The notes under the pieces were generated by a model that had not been told where the DNA came from, made no database searches, and worked only from the letters and a program-made list of their open reading frames with translations. DNA of 64,000 nt from Eledone cirrhosa (Eukaryota): contig OZ024743.1 in NCBI GenBank assembly GCA_964016885.1, positions 280,364,001 through 280,428,000 of the forward strand, given 5' to 3'. Positions 43,701 through 59,205 of this stretch are shown piece after piece. How positions within the stretch are numbered: position 1 is the first letter of the stretch; each line of letters opens with the position of its first letter. Position numbers and translations under genes: made by a program.

Positions 43701-46700
43701 GGTGTTTGTATTAATATATGTGGTAATGTTAGGTATAGTAATGGTTTTTGTATTAATATATGTGGTAATGCTGGGTATAGTAATGGTGTTTGTATTAATA
43801 TATGTGGTAATGTTGGGTATAGTAATGGTTTTTGTATTAATGTATGTGGTAATGTTGGGTATAGTAATAGTGTTTGTATTAATATATGTGGTAATGTTGG
43901 GTATAGTAATGTTGTTTGTATTAATATATGTGGTAATGTTGTGTATAGTAATGGTGTTTGTATTAATATATGTGGTAATTTTGGGTATAGTAATGGTGTT
44001 TGTATTAATGTATGTGGTAATGTTGGGTATAGTAATGGTGTTTGTATTAATGTATATGGTAATGTTGGGTATAGTAATGGTGTTTGTATTAATGTATGTG
44101 GTAATGTTGGGTATAGTAATGGTGTTTGTATTAATATATGTGGTAATGTTGGGTATAGTAATGGTGTTTGTATTAATATATGTGGTAATGTTAGGTATAG
44201 TAATGGTTTTTGTATTAATATATGTGGTAATGTGGGTATAGTAATGGTGTTTGTATTAATATATGTGGTAATGTTAGGTATAGTAATGGTTTTTGTATTA
44301 ATATATGTGGTAATGTTGGGTATAGTAATGGTGTTTGTATTAATATATGTGGTAACGTTAGGTATAGTAATGGTTTTTGTATTAATATATGTGGCAATGT
44401 TGGGTATAGTAATGGTGTTTGTATTAATATATGTGGTAATGTTGGGTATAGTAATGGTGTTTGTATTAATGTATGTGGTAATGTTGGGTATAGTAATAGT
44501 GTTTGTATTAATATATGTGGTAATGATGGGTATAGTAATGGTGTTTGTATTAATGTATGTGGTAATGTTGGGTATAGTAATGGTGTTTGTATTAATGTAT
44601 GTGGTAATGTTGGGTATAGTAATGGTGTTTGTATTAATGTATGTGGTAATGTTGGGTATAGTAATCGTGTTTGTATTAATGTATGTAGTAATGTTGGGTA
44701 TAGTAATGGTGTTTGTATTAATGTATGTGGTAATGTGGGTATAGTAATGGTGTTTGTATTAATATATGTGGTAATGTTAGGTATAGTAATGGTTTTTGTA
44801 TTAATATATGTGGTAATGTTGGGTATAGTAATGGTGTTTGTATTAATATATGTGGTAACGTTAGGTATAGTAATGGTTTTTGTATTAATATATGTGGTAA
44901 TGTTGGGTATAGTAATGGTGTTTGTATTAATATATGTAGTAATGTTGGGTATAGTAATGGTGTTTGTATTAATGTATGTGGTAACGTTGGGTATAGTAAT
45001 GGTGTTTGTATTAATGTACGTGGTAATGTTGGGTATAGTAATAGTGTTTGTATTAATATATGTGGTAATGTTGGGTATAGTAATGGTGTTTGTATTAATA
45101 TATGTGGTAATGTTGGGTATAGTAATGGTGTTTGTATTAATGTATGTGGTAATGTTGGGTATAGTAATGGTGTTTGTATTAATGTATGTGGTAATGTGGG
45201 TATAGTAATGTTGTTTGTATTAATGTATGTGGTAATGTGGGTATAGTAATGTTGTTTGTATTAATATATGTGGTAATGTTGGGGATAGTAATGGTGTTTG
45301 TATTAATATATGTGGTAATGTTGGGTATAGTAATGGTGTTTGTATTAATGTATGTGGTAATGTTGTGTATAGTAATGGTGTTTGTATTAATATATGTAGT
45401 AATGTTGGGTATAGTAATGATGTTTGTATTAATGTATGTGGTAATGTTGGGTATAGTAATAGTGTTTGTATTAATGTATGTGGTAATGTTGGGTATAGTA
45501 ATGGTTTTTGTATTAATATATGTGGTAATGTTGGGTATAGTAATGGTGTTTGTATTAATATATGTGGTAACGTTAGGTATAGTAATGGTGTTTGTATTAA
45601 TATATGTGGTAATGTTAGGTATAGTAATGGTTTTTGTATTAATATATGTGGTAATGTTGGGTATAGTAATGGTGTTTGTATTAATATATGTGGTAACGTT
45701 AGGTATAGTAATGGTGTTTGTATTAATATATGTGGTAATGTTGGGTATAGTAATGGTGTTTGTATTAATGTATGTGGTAATGTTGGGTATAGTAATAGTG
45801 TTTGTATTAATATATGTGGTAATGATGGGTATAGTAATGGTGTTTGTATTAATGTATGTGGTAATGTTGGGTATAGTAATGGTGTTTGTATTAATGTATG
45901 TGGTAATGTGGGTATAGTAATGGTGTTTGTATTAATGTATGTGGTAGTGTTGGGTATAGTAATGGTGTTTGTATTAATGTATGTGGTAATGTTGTGTATA
46001 GTAATGGTGTTTGTATTAATATATGTGGTAATGTTGTGTATAGTAATGGTGTTTGTATTGATATATGTGGTAATGTTGGGTATAGTAATGGTGTTTGTAT
46101 TAATGTATGTGGTAATGTTGTGTATAGTAATGGTGTTTGTATTAATGTATGTGGTAATGTTGTGTATAATAATGGTGTTTGTATTAATATATGTGGTAAT
46201 GTTGTGTATAGTAATGGTGTTTGTATTAATATATGTGGTAATGTTGGGTATAGTAATGGTGTTTGTATTAATGTATGTGGTAATATTGGGTATAGTAATG
46301 GTGTTTGTATTAATATATGTGGTAATGTTGGGTATAGTAATGGTGTTTGTATTAATATATGTGGTAATGTTGGGTATAGTAATGGTGTTTGTATTAATAT
46401 ATGTGGTAATGTTGTGTATAGTAATGGTGTTTGTATTAATGTATGTAGTAATGTTAGGTATAGTAATGGTGTTTGTATTAATGTATGTGGTAATGTTGGG
46501 TATAGTAATGGTGTTTGTATTAATATATGTGGTAATGTTGTGTATAGTAATGGTGTTTGTATTAATGTATGTAGTAATGTTGGGTATAGTAATAGTGTTT
46601 GTATTAATGTATGTGGTAATGTTGGGTATAGTAATGGTGTTTGTATTAATGTATGTGGTAATGTTGTGTATAGTAATGGTGTTTGTATTAATGTATGTGG

Positions 46701-49700
46701 TAATGTTGGGTATAGTAATAGTGTTTGTATTAATATATGTGGTAATGTTGGGTATAGTAATGGTGTTTGTATTAATGTATGTGGTAATGTTGTGTATAGT
46801 AATGGTGTTTGTATTAATATATGTGGTAATGTTGTGTATAGTAATGGTGTTTGTATTAATATATGTGGTAATTTTGGGTATAGTAATGGTGTTTGTATTA
46901 ATGTATGTGGTAATGTTGGGTATAGTAATGGTGTTTGTATTAATGTATGTGGTAATGTTGGGTATAGTAATGGTGTTTGTATTAATGTATGTGGTAATGT
47001 TGGGTATAGTAATGGTGTTTGTATTAATGTATGTGGTAATGTTGGGTATAGTAATCGTGATTGTATTAATGTATGTAGTAATGTTGGGTATAGTAATGGT
47101 GTTTGTATTAATGTATGTGGTAATGTGGGTATAGTAATGGTGTTTGTATTAATATATGTGGTAATGTTAGGTATAGTAATGGTTTTTGTATTAATATATG
47201 TGGTAATGTTGGGTATAGTAATGGTGTTTGTATTAATATATGTGGTAATGTTAGGTATAGTAATGGTTTTTGTATTAATATATGTGGTAATGCTGGGTAT
47301 AGTAATGGTGTTTGTATTAATATATGTGGTAATGTTGGGTATAGTAATGGTTTTTGTATTAATGTATGTGGTAATGTTGGGTATAGTAATAGTGTTTGTA
47401 TTAATATATGTGGTAATGTTGGGTATAGTAATGGTGTTTGTATTAATATATGTGGTAATGTTGTGTATAGTAATGGTGTTTGTATTAATATATGTGGTAA
47501 TTTTGGGTATAGTAATGGTGTTTGTATTAATGTATGTGGTAATGTTGGGTATAGTAATGGTGTTTGTATTAATGTATGTGGTAATGTTGGGTATAGTAAT
47601 GGTGTTTGTATTAATGTATGTGGTAATGTTGGGTATAGTAATGGTGTTTGTATTAATATATGTGGTAATGTTGGGTATAGTAATGGTGTTTGTATTAATA
47701 TATGTGGTAATGTTGGGTATAGTAATGGTGTTTGTATTAATATATGTGGTAATGTTGTGTATAGTAATGGTGTTTGTATTAATGTATGTAGTAATGTTAG
47801 GTATAGTAATGGTGTTTGTATTTATGTATGTGGTAATGTTGGGTATAGTAATGGTGTTTGTATTAATATATGTGGTAATGTTGTGTATAGTAATGGTGTT
47901 TGTATTAATGTATGTAGTAATGTTGGGTATAGTAATAGTGTTTGTATTAATGTATGTGGTAATGTTGGGTATAGTAATGGTGTTTGTATTAATGTATGTG
48001 GTAATGTTGTGTATAGTAATGGTGTTTGTATTAATGTATGTGGTAATGTTGGGTATAGTAATAGTGTTTGTATTAATATATGTGGTAATGTTGGGTATAG
48101 TAATGGTGTTTGTATTAATGTATGTGGTAATGTTGTGTATAGTAATGGTGTTTGTATTAATATATGTGGTAATGTTGTGTATAGTAATGGTGTTTGTATT
48201 AATATATGTGGTAATTTTGGGTATAGTAATGGTATTTGTATTAATGTATGTGGTAATGTTGGGTATAGTAATGGTGTTTGTATTAATATATGTGGTAACG
48301 TTAGGTATAGTAATGGTTTTTGTATTAATATATGTGGTAATGTTGGGTATAGTAATGGTGTTTGTATTAATATATGTGGTAATGTTGGGTATAGTAATGG
48401 TGTTTGTATTAATGTATGTGGTAATGTTGGGTATAGTAATAGTGTTTGTATTAATATATGTGGTAATGATGGGTATAGTAATGGTGTTTGTATTAATGTA
48501 TGTGGTAATGTTGTGTATAGTAATGGTGTTTGTATTAATATATGTGGTAATGTTGTGTATAGTAATGGTGTTTGTATTAATATATGTGGTAATTTTGGGT
48601 ATAGTAATGGTGTTTGTATTAATGTATGTGGTAATGTTGGGTATAGTAATGGTGTTTGTATTAATGTATGTGGTAATGTTGGGTATAGTAATGGTGTTTG
48701 TATTAATGTATGTGGTAATGTTGGGTATAGTAATGGTGTTTGTATTAATGTATGTGGTAATGTTGGGTATAGTAATCGTGATTGTATTAATGTATGTAGT
48801 AATGTTGGGTATAGTAATGGTGTTTGTATTAATGTATGTGGTAATGTGGGTATAGTAATGGTGTTTGTATTAATATATGTGGTAATGTTAGGTATAGTAA
48901 TGGTTTTTGTATTAATATATGTGGTAATGTTGGGTATAGTAATGGTGTTTGTATTAATATATGTGGTAATGTTAGGTATAGTAATGGTTTTTGTATTAAT
49001 ATATGTGGTAATGCTGGGTATAGTAATGGTGTTTGTATTAATATATGTGGTAATGTTGGGTATAGTAATGGTTTTTGTATTAATGTATGTGGTAATGTTG
49101 GGTATAGTAATAGTGTTTGTATTAATATATGTGGTAATGTTGGGTATAGTAATGGTGTTTGTATTAATATATGTGGTAATGTTGTGTATAGTAATGGTGT
49201 TTGTATTAATATATGTGGTAATTTTGGGTATAGTAATGGTGTTTGTATTAATGTATGTGGTAATGTTGGGTATAGTAATGGTGTTTGTATTAATGTATGT
49301 GGTAATGTTGGGTATAGTAATGGTGTTTGTATTAATGTATGTGGTAATGTTGGGTATAGTAATGGTGTTTGTATTAATATATGTGGTAATGTTGGGTATA
49401 GTAATGGTGTTTGTATTAATATATGTGGTAATGTTGGGTATAGTAATGGTGTTTGTATTAATATATGTGGTAATGTTGTGTATAGTAATGGTGTTTGTAT
49501 TAATGTATGTAGTAATGTTAGGTATAGTAATGGTGTTTGTATTTATGTATGTGGTAATGTTGGGTATAGTAATGGTGTTTGTATTAATATATGTGGTAAT
49601 GTTGTGTATAGTAATGGTGTTTGTATTAATGTATGTAGTAATGTTGGGTATAGTAATAGTGTTTGTATTAATGTATGTGGTAATGTTGGGTATAGTAATG

Positions 49701-52700
49701 GTGTTTGTATTAATGTATGTGGTAATGTTGTGTATAGTAATGGTGTTTGTATTAATGTATGTGGTAATGTTGGGTATAGTAATAGTGTTTGTATTAATAT
49801 ATGTGGTAATGTTGGGTATAGTAATGGTGTTTGTATTAATGTATGTGGTAATGTTGTGTATAGTAATGGTGTTTGTATTAATATATGTGGTAATGTTGTG
49901 TATAGTAATGGTGTTTGTATTAATATATGTGGTAATTTTGGGTATAGTAATGGTATTTGTATTAATGTATGTGGTAATGTTGGGTATAGTAATGGTGTTT
50001 GTATTAATATATGTGGTAACGTTAGGTATAGTAATGGTTTTTGTATTAATATATGTGGTAATGTTGGGTATAGTAATGGTGTTTGTATTAATATATGTGG
50101 TAATGTTGGGTATAGTAATGGTGTTTGTATTAATGTATGTGGTAATGTTGGGTATAGTAATAGTGTTTGTATTAATATATGTGGTAATGATGGGTATAGT
50201 AATGGTGTTTGTATTAATGTATGTGGTAATGTTGGGTATAGTAATGGTGTTTGTATTAATGTATGTGGTAATGTTGGGTATAGTAATGGTGTTTGTATTA
50301 ATGTATGTGGTAATGTTGGGTATAGTAATCGTGTTTGTATTAATGTATGTAGTAATGTTGGGTATAGTAATGGTGTTTGTATTAATGTATGTGGTAATGT
50401 GGGTATAGTAATGGTGTTTGTATTAATATATGTGGTAATGTTAGGTATAGTAATGGTTTTTGTATTAATATATGTGGTAATGTTGGGTATAGTAATGGTG
50501 TTTGTATTAATATATGTGGTAACGTTAGGTATAGTAATGGTTTTTGTATTAATATATGTGGTAATGTTGGGTATAGTAATGGTGTTTGTATTAATATATG
50601 TAGTAATGTTGGGTATAGTAATGGTGTTTGTATTAATGTATGTGGTAACGTTGGGTATAGTAATGGTGTTTGTATTAATGTACGTGGTAATGTTGGGTAT
50701 AGTAATAGTGTTTGTATTAATATATGTGGTAATGTTGGGTATAGTAATGGTGTTTGTATTAATATATGTGGTAATGTTGGGTATAGTAATGGTGTTTGTA
50801 TTAATGTATGTGGTAATGTTGGGTATAGTAATGGTGTTTGTATTAATGTATGTGGTAATGTTGGGTATAGTAATGGTGTTTGTATTAATGTATGTGGTAA
50901 TGTTGGGTATAGTAATCGTGTTTGTATTAATGTATGTAGTAATGTTGGGTATAGTAATGGTGTTTGTATTAATGTATGTGGTAATGTGGGTATAGTAATG
51001 GTGTTTGTATTAATATATGTGGTAATGTTAGGTATAGTAATGGTTTTTGTATTAATATATGTGGTAATGTTGGGTATAGTAATGGTGTTTGTATTAATAT
51101 ATGTGGTAACGTTAGGTATAGTAATGGTTTTTGTATTAATATATGTGGTAATGTTGGGTATAGTAATGGTGTTTGTATTAATATATGTAGTAATGTTGGG
51201 TATAGTAATGGTGTTTGTATTAATGTATGTGGTAATGTTGGGTATAGTAATGGTGTTTGTATTAATGTACGTGGTAATGTTGGGTATAGTAATAGTGTTT
51301 GTATTAATATATGTGGTAATGTTGGGTATAGTAATGGTGTTTGTATTAATATATGTGGTAATGTTGGGTATAGTAATGGTGTTTGTATTAATGTATGTGG
51401 TAATGTTGGGTATAGTAATGGTGTTTGTATTAATGTATGTGGTAATGTGGGTATAGTAATGTTGTTTGTATTAATGTATGTGGTAATGTGGGTATAGTAA
51501 TGTTGTTTGTATTAATATATGTGGTAATGTTGGGTATAGTAATGGTGTTTGTATTAATATATGTGGTAATGTTGGGTATAGTAATGGTGTTTGTATTAAT
51601 GTATGTGGTAATGTTGTGTATAGTAATGGTGTTTGTATTAATATATGTAGTAATGTTGGGTATAGTAATGATGTTTGTATTAATGTATGTTGTAATGTTG
51701 GGTATAGTAATAGTGTTTGTATTAATGTATGTGGTAATGTTGGGTATAGTAATGGTTTTTGTATTAATATATGTGGTAATGTTGGGTATAGTAATGGTGT
51801 TTGTATTAATATATGTGGTAACGTTAGGTATAGTAATGGTGTTTGTATTAATATATGTGGTAATGTTAGGTATAGTAATGGTTTTTGTATTAATATATGT
51901 GGTAATGTTGGGTATAGTAATGGTGTTTGTATTAATATATGTGGTAACGTTAGGTATAGTAATGGTGTTTGTATTAATATATGTGGTAATGTTGGGTATA
52001 GTAATGGTGTTTGTATTAATGTATGTGGTAATGTTGGGTATAGTAATAGTGTTTGTATTAATATATGTGGTAATGATGGGTATAGTAATGGTGTTTGTAT
52101 TAATGTATGTGGTAATGTTGGGTATAGTAATGGTGTTTGTATTAATGTATGTGGTAATGTGGGTATAGTAATGGTGTTTGTATTAATGTATGTGGTAGTG
52201 TTGGGTATAGTAATGGTGTTTGTATTAATGTATGTGGTAATGTTGTGTATAGTAATGGTGTTTGTATTAATATATGTGGTAATGTTGTGTATAGTAATGG
52301 TGTTTGTATTGATATATGTGGTAATGTTGGGTATAGTAATGGTGTTTGTATTAATGTATGTGGTAATGTTGTGTATAGTAATGGTGTTTGTATTAATGTA
52401 TGTGGTAATGTTGTGTATAGTAATGGTGTTTGTATTAATATATGTGGTAATGTTGTGTATAGTAATGGTGTTTGTATTAATATATGTGGTAATGTTGGGT
52501 ATAGTAATGGTGTTTGTATTAATGTATGTGGTAATGTTGGGTATAGTAATAGTGTTTGTATTAATATATGTGGTAATGTTGGGTATAGTAATGGTGTTTG
52601 TATTAATATATGTGGTAATGTTGGGTATAGTAATGGTGTTTGTATTAATATATGTGGTAATGTTGGGTATAGTAATGGTGTTTGTATTAATATATGTGGT

Positions 52701-55700
52701 AATGTTGTGTATAGTAATGGTGTTTGTATTAATGTATGTAGTAATGTTAGGTATAGTAATGGTGTTTGTATTAATGTATGTGGTAATGTTGGGTATAGTA
52801 ATGGTGTTTGTATTAATATATGTGGTAATGTTGTGTATAGTAATGGTGTTTGTATTAATATATGTGGTAATGTTGGGTATAGTAATGGTGTTTGTATTAA
52901 TATATGTGGTAATGTTGGGTATAGTAATGGTGTTTGTATTAATATATGTGGTAATGTTGTGTATAGTAATGGTGTTTGTATTAATGTATGTAGTAATGTT
53001 AGGTATAGTAATGGTGTTTGTATTAATGTATGTGGTAATGTTGGGTATAGTAATGGTGTTTGTATTAATATATGTGGTAATGTTGTGTATAGTAATGGTG
53101 TTTGTATTAATGTATGTAGTAATGTTGGGTATAGTAATAGTGTTTGTATTAATGTATGTGGTAATGTTGGGTATAGTAATGGTGTTTGTATTAATGTATG
53201 TGGTAATGTTGTGTATAGTAATGGTGTTTGTATTAATGTATGTGGTAATGTTGGGTATAGTAATAGTGTTTGTATTAATATATGTGGTAATGTTGGGTAT
53301 AGTAATGGTGTTTGTATTAATGTATGTGGTAATGTTGTGTATAGTAATGGTGTTTGTATTAATATATGTGGTAATGTTGTGTATAGTAATGGTGTTTGTA
53401 TTAATATATGTGGTAATTTTGGGTATAGTAATGGTGTTTGTATTAATGTATGTGGTAATGTTGGGTATAGTAATGGTGTTTGTATTAATGTATGTGGTAA
53501 TGTTGGGTATAGTAATGGTGTTTGTATTAATGTATGTGGTAATGTTGGGTATAGTAATGGTGTTTGTATTAATGTATGTGGTAATGTTGGGTATAGTAAT
53601 CGTGATTGTATTAATGTATGTAGTAATGTTGGGTATAGTAATGGTGTTTGTATTAATGTATGTGGTAATGTGGGTATAGTAATGGTGTTTGTATTAATAT
53701 ATGTGGTAATGTTAGGTATAGTAATGGTTTTTGTATTAATATATGTGGTAATGTTGGGTATAGTAATGGTGTTTGTATTAATATATGTGGTAATGTTAGG
53801 TATAGTAATGGTTTTTGTATTAATATATGTGGTAATGCTGGGTATAGTAATGGTGTTTGTATTAATATATGTGGTAATGTTGGGTATAGTAATGGTTTTT
53901 GTATTAATGTATGTGGTAATGTTGGGTATAGTAATAGTGTTTGTATTAATATATGTGGTAATGTTGGGTATAGTAATGTTGTTTGTATTAATATATGTGG
54001 TAATGTTGTGTATAGTAATGGTGTTTGTATTAATATATGTGGTAATTTTGGGTATAGTAATGGTGTTTGTATTAATGTATGTGGTAATGTTGGGTATAGT
54101 AATGGTGTTTGTATTAATGTATATGGTAATGTTGGGTATAGTAATGGTGTTTGTATTAATGTATGTGGTAATGTTGGGTATAGTAATGGTGTTTGTATTA
54201 ATATATGTGGTAATGTTGGGTATAGTAATGGTGTTTGTATTAATATATGTGGTAATGTTAGGTATAGTAATGGTTTTTGTATTAATATATGTGGTAATGT
54301 GGGTATAGTAATGGTGTTTGTATTAATATATGTGGTAATGTTAGGTATAGTAATGGTTTTTGTATTAATATATGTGGTAATGTTGGGTATAGTAATGGTG
54401 TTTGTATTAATATATGTGGTAACGTTAGGTATAGTAATGGTTTTTGTATTAATATATGTGGCAATGTTGGGTATAGTAATGGTGTTTGTATTAATATATG
54501 TGGTAATGTTGGGTATAGTAATGGTGTTTGTATTAATGTATGTGGTAATGTTGGGTATAGTAATAGTGTTTGTATTAATATATGTGGTAATGATGGGTAT
54601 AGTAATGGTGTTTGTATTAATGTATGTGGTAATGTTGGGTATAGTAATGGTGTTTGTATTAATGTATGTGGTAATGTTGGGTATAGTAATGGTGTTTGTA
54701 TTAATGTATGTGGTAATGTTGGGTATAGTAATCGTGTTTGTATTAATGTATGTAGTAATGTTGGGTATAGTAATGGTGTTTGTATTAATGTATGTGGTAA
54801 TGTGGGTATAGTAATGGTGTTTGTATTAATATATGTGGTAATGTTAGGTATAGTAATGGTTTTTGTATTAATATATGTGGTAATGTTGGGTATAGTAATG
54901 GTGTTTGTATTAATATATGTGGTAACGTTAGGTATAGTAATGGTTTTTGTATTAATATATGTGGTAATGTTGGGTATAGTAATGGTGTTTGTATTAATAT
55001 ATGTAGTAATGTTGGGTATAGTAATGGTGTTTGTATTAATGTATGTGGTAACGTTGGGTATAGTAATGGTGTTTGTATTAATGTACGTGGTAATGTTGGG
55101 TATAGTAATAGTGTTTGTATTAATATATGTGGTAATGTTGGGTATAGTAATGGTGTTTGTATTAATATATGTGGTAATGTTGGGTATAGTAATGGTGTTT
55201 GTATTAATGTATGTGGTAATGTTGGGTATAGTAATGGTGTTTGTATTAATGTATGTGGTAATGTGGGTATAGTAATGTTGTTTGTATTAATGTATGTGGT
55301 AATGTGGGTATAGTAATGTTGTTTGTATTAATATATGTGGTAATGTTGGGGATAGTAATGGTGTTTGTATTAATATATGTGGTAATGTTGGGTATAGTAA
55401 TGGTGTTTGTATTAATGTATGTGGTAATGTTGTGTATAGTAATGGTGTTTGTATTAATATATGTAGTAATGTTGGGTATAGTAATGATGTTTGTATTAAT
55501 GTATGTGGTAATGTTGGGTATAGTAATAGTGTTTGTATTAATGTATGTGGTAATGTTGGGTATAGTAATGGTTTTTGTATTAATATATGTGGTAATGTTG
55601 GGTATAGTAATGGTGTTTGTATTAATATATGTGGTAACGTTAGGTATAGTAATGGTGTTTGTATTAATATATGTGGTAATGTTAGGTATAGTAATGGTTT

Positions 55701-58700
55701 TTGTATTAATATATGTGGTAATGTTGGGTATAGTAATGGTGTTTGTATTAATATATGTGGTAACGTTAGGTATAGTAATGGTGTTTGTATTAATATATGT
55801 GGTAATGTTGGGTATAGTAATGGTGTTTGTATTAATGTATGTGGTAATGTTGGGTATAGTAATAGTGTTTGTATTAATATATGTGGTAATGATGGGTATA
55901 GTAATGGTGTTTGTATTAATGTATGTGGTAATGTTGGGTATAGTAATGGTGTTTGTATTAATGTATGTGGTAATGTGGGTATAGTAATGGTGTTTGTATT
56001 AATGTATGTGGTAGTGTTGGGTATAGTAATGGTGTTTGTATTAATGTATGTGGTAATGTTGTGTATAGTAATGGTGTTTGTATTAATATATGTGGTAATG
56101 TTGTGTATAGTAATGGTGTTTGTATTGATATATGTGGTAATGTTGGGTATAGTAATGGTGTTTGTATTAATGTATGTGGTAATGTTGTGTATAGTAATGG
56201 TGTTTGTATTAATGTATGTGGTAATGTTGTGTATAATAATGGTGTTTGTATTAATATATGTGGTAATGTTGTGTATAGTAATGGTGTTTGTATTAATATA
56301 TGTGGTAATGTTGGGTATAGTAATGGTGTTTGTATTAATGTATGTGGTAATATTGGGTATAGTAATGGTGTTTGTATTAATATATGTGGTAATGTTGGGT
56401 ATAGTAATGGTGTTTGTATTAATATATGTGGTAATGTTGGGTATAGTAATGGTGTTTGTATTAATATATGTGGTAATGTTGTGTATAGTAATGGTGTTTG
56501 TATTAATGTATGTAGTAATGTTAGGTATAGTAATGGTGTTTGTATTAATGTATGTGGTAATGTTGGGTATAGTAATGGTGTTTGTATTAATATATGTGGT
56601 AATGTTGTGTATAGTAATGGTGTTTGTATTAATGTATGTAGTAATGTTGGGTATAGTAATAGTGTTTGTATTAATGTATGTGGTAATGTTGGGTATAGTA
56701 ATGGTGTTTGTATTAATGTATGTGGTAATGTTGTGTATAGTAATGGTGTTTGTATTAATGTATGTGGTAATGTTGGGTATAGTAATAGTGTTTGTATTAA
56801 TATATGTGGTAATGTTGGGTATAGTAATGGTGTTTGTATTAATGTATGTGGTAATGTTGTGTATAGTAATGGTGTTTGTATTAATATATGTGGTAATGTT
56901 GTGTATAGTAATGGTGTTTGTATTAATATATGTGGTAATTTTGGGTATAGTAATGGTGTTTGTATTAATGTATGTGGTAATGTTGGGTATAGTAATGGTG
57001 TTTGTATTAATGTATGTGGTAATGTTGGGTATAGTAATGGTGTTTGTATTAATGTATGTGGTAATGTTGGGTATAGTAATGGTGTTTGTATTAATGTATG
57101 TGGTAATGTTGGGTATAGTAATCGTGATTGTATTAATGTATGTAGTAATGTTGGGTATAGTAATGGTGTTTGTATTAATGTATGTGGTAATGTGGGTATA
57201 GTAATGGTGTTTGTATTAATATATGTGGTAATGTTAGGTATAGTAATGGTTTTTGTATTAATATATGTGGTAATGTTGGGTATAGTAATGGTGTTTGTAT
57301 TAATATATGTGGTAATGTTAGGTATAGTAATGGTTTTTGTATTAATATATGTGGTAATGCTGGGTATAGTAATGGTGTTTGTATTAATATATGTGGTAAT
57401 GTTGGGTATAGTAATGGTTTTTGTATTAATGTATGTGGTAATGTTGGGTATAGTAATAGTGTTTGTATTAATATATGTGGTAATGTTGGGTATAGTAATG
57501 GTGTTTGTATTAATATATGTGGTAATGTTGTGTATAGTAATGGTGTTTGTATTAATATATGTGGTAATTTTGGGTATAGTAATGGTGTTTGTATTAATGT
57601 ATGTGGTAATGTTGGGTATAGTAATGGTGTTTGTATTAATGTATGTGGTAATGTTGGGTATAGTAATGGTGTTTGTATTAATGTATGTGGTAATGTTGGG
57701 TATAGTAATGGTGTTTGTATTAATATATGTGGTAATGTTGGGTATAGTAATGGTGTTTGTATTAATATATGTGGTAATGTTGGGTATAGTAATGGTGTTT
57801 GTATTAATATATGTGGTAATGTTGTGTATAGTAATGGTGTTTGTATTAATGTATGTAGTAATGTTAGGTATAGTAATGGTGTTTGTATTTATGTATGTGG
57901 TAATGTTGGGTATAGTAATGGTGTTTGTATTAATATATGTGGTAATGTTGTGTATAGTAATGGTGTTTGTATTAATGTATGTAGTAATGTTGGGTATAGT
58001 AATAGTGTTTGTATTAATGTATGTGGTAATGTTGGGTATAGTAATGGTGTTTGTATTAATGTATGTGGTAATGTTGTGTATAGTAATGGTGTTTGTATTA
58101 ATGTATGTGGTAATGTTGGGTATAGTAATAGTGTTTGTATTAATATATGTGGTAATGTTGGGTATAGTAATGGTGTTTGTATTAATGTATGTGGTAATGT
58201 TGTGTATAGTAATGGTGTTTGTATTAATATATGTGGTAATGTTGTGTATAGTAATGGTGTTTGTATTAATATATGTGGTAATTTTGGGTATAGTAATGGT
58301 ATTTGTATTAATGTATGTGGTAATGTTGGGTATAGTAATGGTGTTTGTATTAATATATGTGGTAACGTTAGGTATAGTAATGGTTTTTGTATTAATATAT
58401 GTGGTAATGTTGGGTATAGTAATGGTGTTTGTATTAATATATGTGGTAATGTTGGGTATAGTAATGGTGTTTGTATTAATGTATGTGGTAATGTTGGGTA
58501 TAGTAATAGTGTTTGTATTAATATATGTGGTAATGATGGGTATAGTAATGGTGTTTGTATTAATGTATGTGGTAATGTTGGGTATAGTAATGGTGTTTGT
58601 ATTAATGTATGTGGTAATGTTGGGTATAGTAATGGTGTTTGTATTAATGTATGTGGTAATGTTGGGTATAGTAATCGTGTTTGTATTAATGTATGTAGTA

Positions 58701-59205
58701 ATGTTGGGTATAGTAATGGTGTTTGTATTAATGTATGTGGTAATGTGGGTATAGTAATGGTGTTTGTATTAATATATGTGGTAATGTTAGGTATAGTAAT
58801 GGTTTTTGTATTAATATATGTGGTAATGTTGGGTATAGTAATGGTGTTTGTATTAATATATGTGGTAACGTTAGGTATAGTAATGGTTTTTGTATTAATA
58901 TATGTGGTAATGTTGGGTATAGTAATGGTGTTTGTATTAATATATGTAGTAATGTTGGGTATAGTAATGGTGTTTGTATTAATGTATGTGGTAACGTTGG
59001 GTATAGTAATGGTGTTTGTATTAATGTACGTGGTAATGTTGGGTATAGTAATAGTGTTTGTATTAATATATGTGGTAATGTTGGGTATAGTAATGGTGTT
59101 TGTATTAATATATGTGGTAATGTTGGGTATAGTAATGGTGTTTGTATTAATGTATGTGGTAATGTTGGGTATAGTAATGGTGTTTGTATTAATGTATGTG
59201 GTAAT
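40711..59205. repeat. Largest tandem block duplication: copy A about 40.7-50.8 kb, copy B about 50.8-59.2 kb (offset 10067, then 8346 bp)
   Basis: The private variant GTGGCAATG has its C at 44395 and 54462, and AATCGTG pairs at C40850/C50917. Matching ORF starts are 41421/51488, 42178/52245, 43941/54008, 45365/55432 and 47463/57530 (all offset 10067). Pairs 50408/58754 and TACGT C50683/C59029 are at offset 8346. Confidence 0.9.
46770..50210. repeat. 41-monomer (1721-bp) tandem duplication nested in copy A only
   Basis: ORF ends 47134/48855 and starts 47463/49184 are offset by 1721 = 41x42-1. The GTATTTATG variant occurs near 47822 and 49543 but only once in copy B, near 57889. The length equals 10067-8346. 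Confidence 0.87.

Noticed and set aside
2412-51488. Apparent preference for duplication lengths in multiples of 30 monomers (1260, 2520, 2516, 10067 bp)
   Set aside because: Many other periods are not multiples of 30 (36, 41, 48, 53, 55, 59, 74, 78, 89, 91, 94, 133). The 240-monomer offset is 199+41, and two of the 1260 spacings are copies of one event.
1905-54464. Minus-strand ORFs as called (for example 1905-8357, 18071-19921, 20170-22335, 28102-31485)
   Set aside because: Their start codons come from isolated T>C or G>C variants inside the array, and they are chimeras of frames joined at deletions, so they are not annotated as CDS. Only the underlying TNTITIPNITTYIN frame is kept as a hypothesis in the findings.
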